NCBI RefSeq assembly: GCF_036321535.1
Contig: NC_087437.1
Coordinates: forward strand, 98,024,001-98,088,000
Direction of reading: 5' to 3'
DNA from: Camelus dromedarius
Taxonomy: Eukaryota
Length of the DNA stretch: 64,000 nt
Below the pieces are notes generated by a model. It worked only from the letters and a program-made list of their open reading frames with translations, was not told where the DNA came from and made no database searches. How positions within the stretch are numbered: the first letter of the stretch is position 1; each line of letters starts with the position of its first letter. A program made the translations under genes and the position numbers. Shown here piece by piece: positions 50,838 to 61,242 of this stretch.

Positions 50838-50934
50838 AAGCTATTCAAGTCCATCATACTACAAGATTTGCTGATGTACATGAGTGTCCTGGAAATTTTC
50901 CATACTTGCAAAAGCATGTCCTTTCCCTGAACCT
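50838..50934 (-). other. Candidate (possibly decayed) upstream SAMSN1 exon
   Basis: Acceptor ttgctaaacag| and donor CTT|gtaagt. One frame is open (VQGKDMLLQVWKISRTLMYISKSCSMMDLNS). The frame that ends in phase 0 (MENFQDTHVHQQIL*YDGLE*L) has two TAG stops. Confidence 0.35.
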
Positions 50935-50963
50935 CTGTTTAGCAATAGCTCAACAAGAAAGGA

Positions 50964-51004
50964 AGGTGGTTAATGTGATCTGAGGTGGTTAATGTGATCT
51001 GAGG
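50964..51004. repeat. Exact 19-bp tandem duplication (aggtggttaatgtgatctg)x2
   Basis: Copies at 50964-50982 and 50983-51001, followed by agg. Confidence 0.95.
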
Positions 51005-52796
51005 AGTTTAATGTCATAGGAGAGAGTTGGAACACAAAGAAGATATACTTTATAACAGTATAAAATTTTCCATATCTCAGGAAAAAAATGCTAAATTTTA
51101 GGGAATTTTTTTTACACAAAAATTCACCCTTTTTTGAAGGAAATGCTTATTCTTCTCTTGAGTTGGGAAATTTCTCAGTAAGAACAAGTCTTTTTATTTT
51201 CTCTAATCACACTTTCATGTAGCAGCTGAAAACAAAGTTAATAGAGAACTATGGAAAACAATGCTCATGGTGTTAAAATTATTGGAAAAGAGATGGAAAA
51301 ACCACTTAAATAGGATTATCCAAGGGGAACTTTCCTACCATTTCATTGGCAGTAGGTTTAACATGTCTTTGATGGGAGGTGGACGTCAACATTCAAAATC
51401 ACCCTTTTTAATATTAGGGAAAAAAAAAGTGATGTTGACATTCTTTAAAAACAAATAAATGAAACTGTACCAAGGTACCAGAATAATTGAGAAAGGATCC
51501 ATTTTCTCAATTCTAATTATTATGTTATCAAAGTACACTGATTAATGTTTCATCAGTGGCTTCATCTTTACATACACATATGCAAAGATTAATATGTATG
51601 TCCATGGATCTATATAGAGAATAAATACATTATATAAAGTGAATTCACTCCCAATCCCTCACTTACTCCAGTCCCAACACATGGTCCAAAATCCAGAAGA
51701 AGTTTGGTAGAAAGAGACTTAGGGTCAGAAAAATAGTTTATGAAGCAGTCTATTCCTTATTCCCTTAATGCTCTTCATTATCGGGTACATAATGGGTTTC
51801 CCTTTTTGAAACTCTGAGAGAGTTTAAACTCAAACTAAATATACATTTGGAGTTGGGTGATACTTGGGGTTGCAGCACAGGATAGTTTTATTATGTTTGG
51901 TACCTGGCAATGTGAGCTCCTTACTGTCTGCTTCTACTCTCGAAAAATCCAAGTACCTAACACAAACACAGGTCCCGCCTAGGACACCACAAGAATTCAG
52001 CAAAGGGCATTGAATGGAGTTTATAACAGAAAATAGATGAGAATTTCAATTTTATTCCAAGGGGAAGGCTACAATGGGATTAAGAAAAGTTTAGGGAGAG
52101 GACATAAATGTTCACTGAACACCTTCTGGGGGTGGTATACATATGCTGTTTTGTTTAATGTTTATAACCATCATGAGAAGTTTTTCTTAGCATCATTTTA
52201 CACATAAGGAGATTGAGGCACCGAGACTTTAAACAAGAAGTCCTAGGTCAAGAGTTACGACTTACATAAAGGTAAAGCAAATTTTAAGCTTTGTAGTAAC
52301 CAAAAGTCCAAGGTTTGGCAGAAGTCCCACAAATTGCAGCCCAGGACCAAGAAGCAAAAAGTAGAAACTGACAGAATAGCTAAGGGGACTGAAGCTAATA
52401 CTGAATGACTGGATTTTATTTTGCCTTTGAGTGTAGTATGTAGATTTTTAAAGAATTAAGTCCACATTTTCAGGTTCCTGTTGTGTTTTTAAAGATGTCA
52501 ACTAGTATTTGGTGCTTGGCGCAGTGTAAGTTACTAGAATATGTTTACTAGCCATTTTTTAAAATTATATAATTCTTTAAAAATGAGAATGGTGCTAAGG
52601 AATACCCATATAATTCCTATCATCCATTTAAGATGATCAAGAGGGGAAAACACCCATATGTATTTAGAATTAGAACTTGGATGGATAAAGTAGCTCATTC
52701 ATAAAATTCATTTGTTACCATCAACCATTTTTTTTTCTGTGAATAAAAGTCAAAATAAGGGTTGCTTAAGGTTTTTTCCTTGCTTTAAAAGGGAAT

Positions 52797-52845
<49 letters not shown>

Positions 52846-52862
52846 CAGACAGATAGATAGAT
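52797..52862. repeat. (GATA)n/(GACA)2 tetranucleotide STR, ~16 units
   Basis: Directly visible. Confidence 0.97.
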
Positions 52863-53134
52863 GAAGATACAGTATAACTTTGGAAACTAAAGCAAGAAAA
52901 TCTAGTCTGTTTTTAATTTCACTTTACCAAAGATGTGTATTTCATAACATTCAATATGCTTTTAATAACAACTAAAGCCACTTTATTTAAAGTCTTATAT
53001 TAAAAAAGGGAGTTACATTCTCTTCTAGCTAACAGAGTTCTATATTTTTTCTATTTGCAGAATGAGTTAGAATCTTGCCCTTGGGATGCAGGAAAACTCC
53101 TCCACGTATAACCTTAAAATATTATCAAGTAGCT

Positions 53135-53890
53135 CTGGTGGTTTTAAAATATGTCCACAAATTACTTTATACTGCACTCTTCAAAAGATGGATCAGAATG
53201 CCCCCCCTTAATATGAGCTGGATATAATAACTTGCTTATAACAAATAGAATAAGGTGGAAGTGATGGTGTATGACTTCTGAAACTAGATCTTTTTCAAAG
53301 TATAGTTTTATATTTATTTATTTATTAAAATTTTTATTGTGAAATAAACATAACATAAATTTACCACTTTAATCATTTTCAAGTATACAACTTAGTGGCA
53401 TTAAGGACATTCATGATGTTGTACAACCAATAATACCACTATCTAGTTCCAGAACTTTCTCATCATCTCAAATAGAGACTCTGTACCCACTAAGCAATAA
53501 CTGAGGCCAGATTTTAAAAGGTTTTCCTTCTTACTCTGTGTCTTGGATAGCTCACTCTGAGGGAAGCCAAATGCCATGCAATGAGGACCCTCAAGCAGCC
53601 CCATGGAAAGGCCAATATGGTGGGAGACCGATGCTTCCAAACAGCCCCCCAGCCAGGAGCTGAGGCCTCCTGGCTGCAGCCCTGACGGAGTTTAGAAGCA
53701 GTTCCTTCCGCGATGGGCAGCCTTCCGACGCCATTTTAACTGCATCCTCCTAAGAGCCCCTGAGGTAGAATCCCCAGCTCTACGACTCCCAAACTCCTGA
53801 CTCACAGAAACTCTGACGTCATTCATGTTGGTTGTTTTAAGCCCCTAAATTTGAGAGTAATTTGTTATGTAGCAGCAGATAGCTAATATA
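53135..53890 (+). mobile_element. MaLR LTR (MLT1F-like) interrupted by an L1 3' end
   Basis: MLT1 motifs ggtggttttaaaatatgtccacaaa, gaagtgatggtgtatgacttc, ctgagggaagcc...gagctgaggcctcc and a terminal ttgttatgtagcagcagatagctaata. Confidence 0.8.
53295..53502 (-). mobile_element. Old L1 (L1MA/L1MB-type) 3' end nested in MLT1
   Basis: tttttattgtgaaataaacataacataaatttaccactttaatcattttcaagtatacaa...tctagttccagaactttctcatc...ctctgtacccactaagcaataact, the reverse complement of an L1M 3' terminus. Confidence 0.8.
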
Positions 53891-54544
53891 GTTGCTGAAG
53901 TTATAATAATGGAGAAGAAAGTACTTGAAAATATGAACAATATACAACATCATTAGTTCATCTTTGGATTATCACATCTTACGTAAAGACTATTTGGAGG
54001 TTGACACTGTGGGTACCAATTAAACAATCTGTCATTTTGGCCATATCTTTCCCTGCCTTATAGTTTATTCACACCTTTGTTTAGAACCACAGAAAACCGT
54101 GTCTGATGAAATCTAATGCGAGACCTGCCTCTTCTGTTTGTTAACAAGCAGATCGCAGCATAACCTTAAAATTCTTCCCCAGTCACCTGCTGTTGTGACC
54201 TCAGTTAAGCTCATGAAAAAGCAGTCCTACTTTGATCTAATTTACATACCTTTCCCGACAATGGTGTGCTGCCTGGGATTCAGTTATAAGTCTATGTTTA
54301 GCCAATAGACTGTATGTAGTTAATAGATTTTTTGCTACTAATCTGATTTTCATCTTACCGACTAAATGACTAACTCTCAACTCTAAATGTCAATTACACT
54401 GCTTGAGAATTGAAGGAGGCTTGTCTAGACTGTACAATCAGAGCTGAGTCTAGACAGTATCCGACTCTGTGTTCACAGTTCGGTCTAATATCAATAGAGA
54501 GATTCAGCATTAGCAAAAGTAACAGTTTTAATAATAAAGTGTAT

Positions 54545-55045
54545 GAGTTAGACATCCATTCAGCTTTGTGGAACAGAAAACCAACAATAGTGGCTTAAAC
54601 AAATGTGGGGCTTATATGTCCACACAGTAAGTCCAGAGATAGTCGGTCCAATGCTGCAGTTACTCAAATGTCATTGATGAATAAAGCTCTGTGCATTTGC
54701 CTGCTCCACCATCTTTAACATGTGCCTTTTGCCCTGTGGTTGGAAGACAACTGCTAACTCATCAGGTATCAAGTCCCAGCTCCAGGGAGAGAGAAGGGCA
54801 AAGGACAAAGCTTTCTCCTCAGGAGGCTTTGCTTTTTTCTTCAAAAAAGAAAGCCCTCCCCAGGCGTTTTGACATTTATATCTACCGCATCTCATTGGCC
54901 AGAATTGGGTTCTATGACCACCCCTAACTACAGGGGAGCCTGACAATTCAAATACTCATCTTTAGTCTCCATAGAAAAGGACATCAAGAAAGAAATAGAC
55001 TGAAAGGGTGTGGAGTGATCTAACCTTTAGTAATATCTGCCACAG
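54545..55045 (-). mobile_element. Old MaLR LTR (MLT1J/K/L-like)
   Basis: aacagaaaaccaacaatagtggcttaaacaa... and catctcattggccagaattgggttctatgaccacccctaac..., ending tctgccaca. Confidence 0.7.
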
Positions 55046-55710
55046 AAGGGAACCTAAGGTTTTGGGGGACAGACATATTTTTATAAAAATATAAACATAT
55101 CTATTTTATCATATACATATATATTAAAATATTATATATTGATTATTTATAATAAATAAGTAGATGTATTTACATATTTTATGAATATATATTTTATATA
55201 AATATAAACACTTATTTTAATATCTAACAGTTAATTCCCTCAGCAACACTTTATCCACTGAAGTTGCCCAGGGAGAAAACGTTTTGGTGCCGTGCTGGGT
55301 GGGGGAGCTTGACAGTGCTTAATATCACCAGCACTGAAAGTAATAAATGTTATCCCTCTTGCCCATCATGCATATGAATGACGCTCTGAAGGCTGAATGC
55401 AACCTAAGAATTTACGTGAGAAATGAGGCATGAAACATTTTTGAAAATATTACTGCATATTTTATACCCTTTTCAATATGCTACAAAAGGTTTGAGCCAT
55501 CAACTGAACACTGCCAGGAAAGAACAAACAAGAACAAAGGATACAAAACACATGCTGGGAGTCCAGTCACCCCAGGATGCTCTTTAGGGTTGGTATGACG
55601 ATCACAGTACCAGGCAGTCTGCTCTGCTTCAAACTCTCCCGTCAGCACTTCTCCTGCAAGCCTGGTTCGCCCGCAAACCCATCCCAGGCCAAGTAGACAA
55701 AAATATTCAC

Positions 55711-55850
55711 CGAGCACAGTCATTATTGGAGGAGACGTTCCATAGACATCTTCTCCGACTCCTGCCACTTGGTTCCTTGTAACTTCTTCCATCTGAGATC
55801 CTTCTTCTCATTTTGAGAACATGAAGGAAACATGTCTGGTTGAGGGTTTT
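55711..55850 (-). other. Candidate upstream exon (140 nt)
   Basis: Acceptor ttttctgaatag| and donor TCG|gtgaat; purine-rich exon-like composition. The phase-0 frame is open (KTLNQTCFLHVLKMRRRISDGRSYKEPSGRSRRRCLWNVSSNNDCA). Confidence 0.25.
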
Positions 55851-56259
55851 CTATTCAGAAAATTCAGTTGATGTTTAACTCTTTTATTCTGAATATTTTT
55901 ATTGTCCAAAATATATTTTGTAAGCATGATCCTATGATAATAACTATAATATGTTTGGCATCCTGGGAACTTATCTCATGTTAATGATATTCAGTAAAAT
56001 GGCCAGTGCCGTGAAAACATTTACTCTATTAAGATATTATTCAGTATCTTAATCCTTTCTACTTTTATATAGTTTTAAAAAGTTCTGTAATGAATGCATA
56101 TCATTCCCATAATGCAGAACAAGTATCAGCTTTGGTTTTTCCAGGAGGCTGTTGTCTCCCCAGACGAGACCTGAGCCAAGTTGGGGTTTGTAAAGTGAAA
56201 GTGCATGAGACATCATGTCTACAGACAAGTGCTCATCAACTGTCTGCGTCCCAGAATCT

Positions 56260-56432
56260 CACCTGTCAGGTCCTGAGCCTCCTCTGAAGACTCATGTAAA
56301 AATACTGATTCCTGGACCCCTGATATAATTCATTTGGACCAGGGTATGGCTCAGAAATCTGCATTTTTAACAGATACCCTAAGCGATTCTGATACAGATG
56401 GTTCCCACGCCACACTTGGAGAAACACTGCCC
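56260..56432. mobile_element. MER5-type relic
   Basis: aaaaatactgattcctggaccc...cagaaatctgcatttttaacagataccctaagcgattctgat...ccacacttggagaaacactg. Confidence 0.7.
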
Positions 56433-57264
56433 TGATGTCACTTCTCATGTTATTAGAGGCCACAGTCTGTGCCAGAGTCCGTTTTTATGAACTCCACCGA
56501 CAGGCCAGTCTCCCCTTGGAGCAGAGAACGGTTCCCTCTCTCCCACATCGTTCAAAGAGTAAGCTGCTTCTACTTTTCCTTGGTCACAAAGAGTTAATAG
56601 ATTAACAATTTGCATAGTACTGCTTAATATTTAGTAATACTCTGTTGCACTGAAATATTCTGTCATTCAGGAAAAAGTGTTTCTTAATTAGTTAAGCTCA
56701 ATCAAATGCCTACTATGAATAAGAAGAGACATATTAAAGATAGATAAGACCAGCCCCAATTCTCACACCAAGATTTTTAGATTCAATAGCTCCCACCTGT
56801 CCGTCACTGGCTATGAATTCCCACAGCTAATCTTTTGTGATAAACTACATAGTACAAATGAATGGTTACCATTCTAGAAGGATCATTTCTTGGCCAGTGA
56901 AAACATATAGAAAGTTTGGTGTTAAAGATTTATCTTTAACCCTTTCTTCCAAGAATGTTCTACATCATTTTCTTATTTCTGAGATGGTTCTGTTTTTCTA
57001 CTACAGATTTAAAGAAGGGTTTCTCTGGGCACAAAGCATGTCGGGGAGCTCTTACTATAAACTGACTGTTATTTTTTCCTGGTTACTAGATAATGTTTCA
57101 CTTAGATACTATATGTGAGACCTCACCTAAATCTGGGAGGATGAGACTGCATATTTCAGAGCTAATCTGCGAGCTGTGTTTATGAAAGTGTCATTAAGTT
57201 CTTGCAAAAAGTAAGGGGAGGAGAAAAGGGGAAGGGAAAAGAAGAGGTTCAATGACAATAACTG

Positions 57265-57478
57265 AATTTTTTAAGCATCTCCTGAGTGCCAGCCATGAAG
57301 CTAAGTGCTTTAATGAAGTATCTCGCTTAATCCTCATGACAGATATGAGGTATAGGTTCTGATTTTACAGATGATGAAAACTGAGGCAGAGAGAGATTAA
57401 CTGCACAAAGTCTATAGCTACTAGGGCCAAACTAAGATCCAAGCAGAGTCTCTCTGTTTCCAGATCTCTCAACCATGC
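57265..57478 (-). mobile_element. MIR SINE
   Basis: MIR core ttaatcctcatgaca...attttacagatgatgaaaactgaggcagagagagattaactgcacaaag. Confidence 0.75.
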
Positions 57479-58408
57479 CCTGCACGAGAGCCGGCTGGTG
57501 GATGACTTTCTGGCAACAGGCAGCCATGGGCAGGCGCCCCACCGGGAGCATAGCTGTATCACTCCCGCAGCATCAGAGCAGCCCGCAGATACTGCGGTTG
57601 GTCAAAGGTTATGATCCACTGTCTAATGCGTCGGAGGGCCTCCGACAGCCTCAGAAATAAGGCTGGATTTAGGAATTCCAGCTCCCTTTCCTCACCAAGT
57701 CAGCCCCTTGCAATTCACATGCTACATACCCTCTGCCTATTGATCAATCTACTGTACCGAGGAAGCTCAGTTCTAAATTTTCTAATAAAACCATCAGAAT
57801 GATTAAAGAGAATACCATGGCTGTCAGAAAAATATCAAAAATCAGTATGGTGCCTGAGTTAGCCCTGTTGACCTACGTACGATTTTTTGTTACAGGGTGA
57901 ATAGCAATTATTTGGCTGTTAATTAATGCTATGTTATTATTATTAGGGAGGCCCCAGGTTCAGAAATTCTTAATTGCTTGAACTCCTAGGCTAATTAATA
58001 CAATTTTTAAAGGGATATGTCAGGAATCACAGTATATGATTTTTTACCAAACATGGAACATGAAGGACATGCCCCTCACTGGAGGTTGCTAGATCATTCT
58101 AAGCACTTAGCACAGGTCTTGTCAGAGAAAATCCCAGTGTATTAATTTCACAGTTACTTATCAAAAGTCTGTAGAGCGTGACGTTTTGCATAATCAAGAT
58201 GGTTTATTAATTCAAGTTGTCATTTGATTTTTTTCATTTACATTCCAATTCACAGAGACATAAGCATATCAATTACAAAACAACCTGCAGGAACTAAATA
58301 CAAAATAACGACAAGGCTAAGCATTGTACACTACGTCTAGATGTGACGGAGCTCAGGGGCAAGACGGTTTTCACAAAACACCACGTACATGTTGATGATT
58401 CACGTTAC

Positions 58409-58488
58409 CTGATAAGAAACGCCTTGTAGTTTTCTTCCTTGCACAGAATGTACGTTATTACTCCAAAGAAAACCGTCTTCATTTAGAG
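58409..58488 (-). CDS. Candidate far-upstream SAMSN1 exon (80 nt, phase 1 to 0): LNEDGFLWSNNVHSVQGRKLQGVSYQ
   Basis: Good acceptor ctcttttcatag| and donor CAG|gtaacg. Only one frame is open end to end. Weak in-register similarity to SASH1 EDVGYVASEITMSDEER. Confidence 0.5.
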
Positions 58489-60094
58489 CTATGAAAAGAG
58501 GTGTCACATAGACATTACCAGGAATTACGAGGTTTAAGAAGTTTAAGTGCAACTGAATACTCATAAAATTTTTCCTTAGTCTATTAATGCATTATATTGA
58601 CTAGACCATAAGTGTTTACTTTCTTGAAGATACGCTCTTCTTACCAGAAATAGGTGCAAATAAAATAGAAATGTAACACAATAAAAACGAAGAATACTAC
58701 TGACCAGCTGTGTTCTTGGGCAAATCATGGAACTTCTCTGGGACTCAGTTTCCTTCCCACTAATAAAAGAGTAGTATCTTAGCCAGTGAACCACTTCTAC
58801 CTCCAAAATGCTGCGATTCCATGAAGGTATCACCTCACTTGTTTCTGTTAAACCGAGTTTCCCACCCCTGGCATTTTGAGCTTCATTAGTTTATGTCTTC
58901 TCAGCATGAATTATTTATGTTGAAATTGTTCTCTGCATGCTTTGGCAAAAGCTTTGGAATGTGTCATCCATTTGCTTGCAGCTGAATGAAACCTTTTCAA
59001 AAGATAGTAGCATTTCCCTGTCAGGCCCTGTAAAAGAGGCTCCATTTATTTAAATCTGGACTATACCCTGTGCTGGACCAAGACAGGACTTTTTATGGAT
59101 CACTTAACTGAAGCCCCTTCGCTTATGGATGAGGGTACTGAGAACCACAGAAATCTCCTGGCCACCAGGCCGATGACTTTTTCTTTCACCTTCACTCCTT
59201 TTTACTTCTAGTCACTACTTCAATTTTCCACTCTTCCTCTTTCTTATATTCTGTGGGGGAGGAAGGAGCAGGCAAGGCCCACCTTCCATGCACAATGAAA
59301 AAGCGGAGCAGGTTTTTCTCCAAACTCCCAATATAGCTCTGGTTAAAAGATATGCTAAATTCACAGCTCAGAGTTATTGCCACCAATGACTTAATATTTC
59401 AAATCAGAGTAACCACACTCCAAGATTCCAGAAAATACTTAAATTTTAAAATGAGCTGGTTTTGTGATGTGGCTCTTTGAAGAAAGAGCTGCCGTCCATC
59501 ATAGGGTTAGAAGGCTAGAAGCAGAGTTTTTACTGCCTTTTTAAAAATGTTTTAGTCTCTGTATTTAGAAAAAATTCTTCTGTTCCTTTATTCCTTTTCA
59601 TCGCTTCCCTTTTTTTGATCCCTTTACCCTGAATTTTGGAGCACTCCCTCTATAATTATTCTTCTGGGTACAGGAAAAGAACAGTGAAGTAGACTCCTGT
59701 ACTCTCAAATCTGGGAGCAGCTGAGTCAGGGCCATCACTTACGCAACAATGCAAGGCAGCAAAATGAGTGATGGGGACACACGGTGGGGAGACAGCCCCG
59801 TGACCCAGAGCACTCGTGCAAGAGGCAGGGCCTCCGTGGAAGCTTGAAGAAGGCTGACAGTTTGGAAAAGTAGAAGAAAAGGAAAAGTTACAAATACAAC
59901 TGCAATGCCATGAACACTGGCCTGTAGTGTGCAGGAAGTGAAACATGTCTAATTAAATGTAGAGATTGAGATTGATCAGGTCAGAGGGCAATTCTAGACA
60001 TTGCACCAGAGGAGGCGAGGCTGGGTAGGTGAGTGAGGAGGAATTTTAATGAGCCCTGAGTACCAGGTGGAGGAATTTGGACATAACCCATGAG

Positions 60095-60418
60095 ACCAAT
60101 GTTGCAAATATAAATATCTAAGGAAGTCATATAAGTAACTTAACTAAGCGAAGCGGATTTTGTCAGGGAGGCACTGGGAGGCGTGTGGCGAGGGGCAGGT
60201 CCACCATGGCTAAAGGGCAGCCATGGATCTCAGCTCACTCAACTGAAATCACCTCAGACTCCGGACCCAGGATTGTCAATTCTCCTCATGTTTCTCAAGG
60301 GAGTATAACTATTTGAATTTTAACGTAAAATTTCCTGAATTTTAATATACTGTATGCCCCAAACCAGCTTTTTCTCAAAATAAATACATTTATAAAGCTA
60401 CCCGTTTGTGGCCTTTGC
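60095..60418. mobile_element. hAT-Charlie DNA transposon relic (MER102-like)
   Basis: ctaaagggcagcc...tcagctc and gaattttaacgtaaaatttcctgaatttt resemble the MER102 consensus as recalled. Confidence 0.55.
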
Positions 60419-60626
60419 TTAGAAGATGGGAGACTTTTGAGGGTTTTGGACCAAGAAAGGGACACCAGAAACATGGCATTTCATGAAGATTAGCCCTTTG
60501 TTTTGTAGTCTTACACATTTTATTTATCTGTCATCTCCTCAATATTACCCTTCCAAGAAAACATTTATAAAGAGAGAAGCAATTTGATCCTCAGCAGCAA
60601 TAAAGGCAGTCATTGAATTGGGTACT

Positions 60627-61242
60627 ATGCACATTATATCTTCCAAAGATGGCCACAACAATATCTCCCTCATCCCACGTTCTTCCACAGTGTGACCTTG
60701 GCTGTCCTCCATCAAGAAATGGAGTTTAATTCTCCGCTATTGAATTGGACTGGCCTTAGTGATTGGCTTGTCACAGTAACATGCAGTGGAAGTGATGTTC
60801 TGTGACCTCTAAGTCTAGGTTAGAAGAAGCCTGGCAGCTTCTACTGGGGTCCCTTGGGATGCTCACTCTCCAGACACTTCCCAGTGTGATGTGTGACGCT
60901 CCCGCTCACGTCTCTCCCTCTCACAACCCAGCCTCTAGCCTGGGAGAAGCTCAGGTTACATAGAGAAGCCACATAATGGTTCTCCAGCTGGCATTCCCAG
61001 CTGAGCCCAGCCTCAGGTTATCCCAGACAGGTCCCAGACATGTAAGTGAAGAAAACTCTAAGTGATCCTAGTCACCAGACATTTAAGTCCTTAGCATTTA
61101 GGTCTTCCCAGAGGACGCCTCAGACATTGTGAAGCACTGTCCTGACTGAATCCCTGACCTCAAAATCCATGGGCTGAATAAAATGCTGCTTTATGTCATC
61201 AAGTTTTGGGGTGGTTTGTTTGTAGCAGTAGATTGTTAGTAC
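60627..61242 (+). mobile_element. MaLR LTR (MLT1G/H-like)
   Basis: caaagatggccacaaca...cagtgtgaccttg...cagtggaagtgatgttctgtgac... and a terminal aagttttggggtggtttgtttgtagcagtagattgttagtaca. Confidence 0.78.

Noticed and set aside
59190..59250. Strong minus-strand acceptor (ccttcctcccccacag) with a purine-rich downstream segment
   Set aside because: All three frames hit stops before the gtgaaa donor, and there is no recognisable homology.
60513..60550. Mini-exon reading GNIEEMTDK*, similar to SASH1 GNIDDLAQQ
   Set aside because: In-frame stop, wrong size and only a few matching residues.
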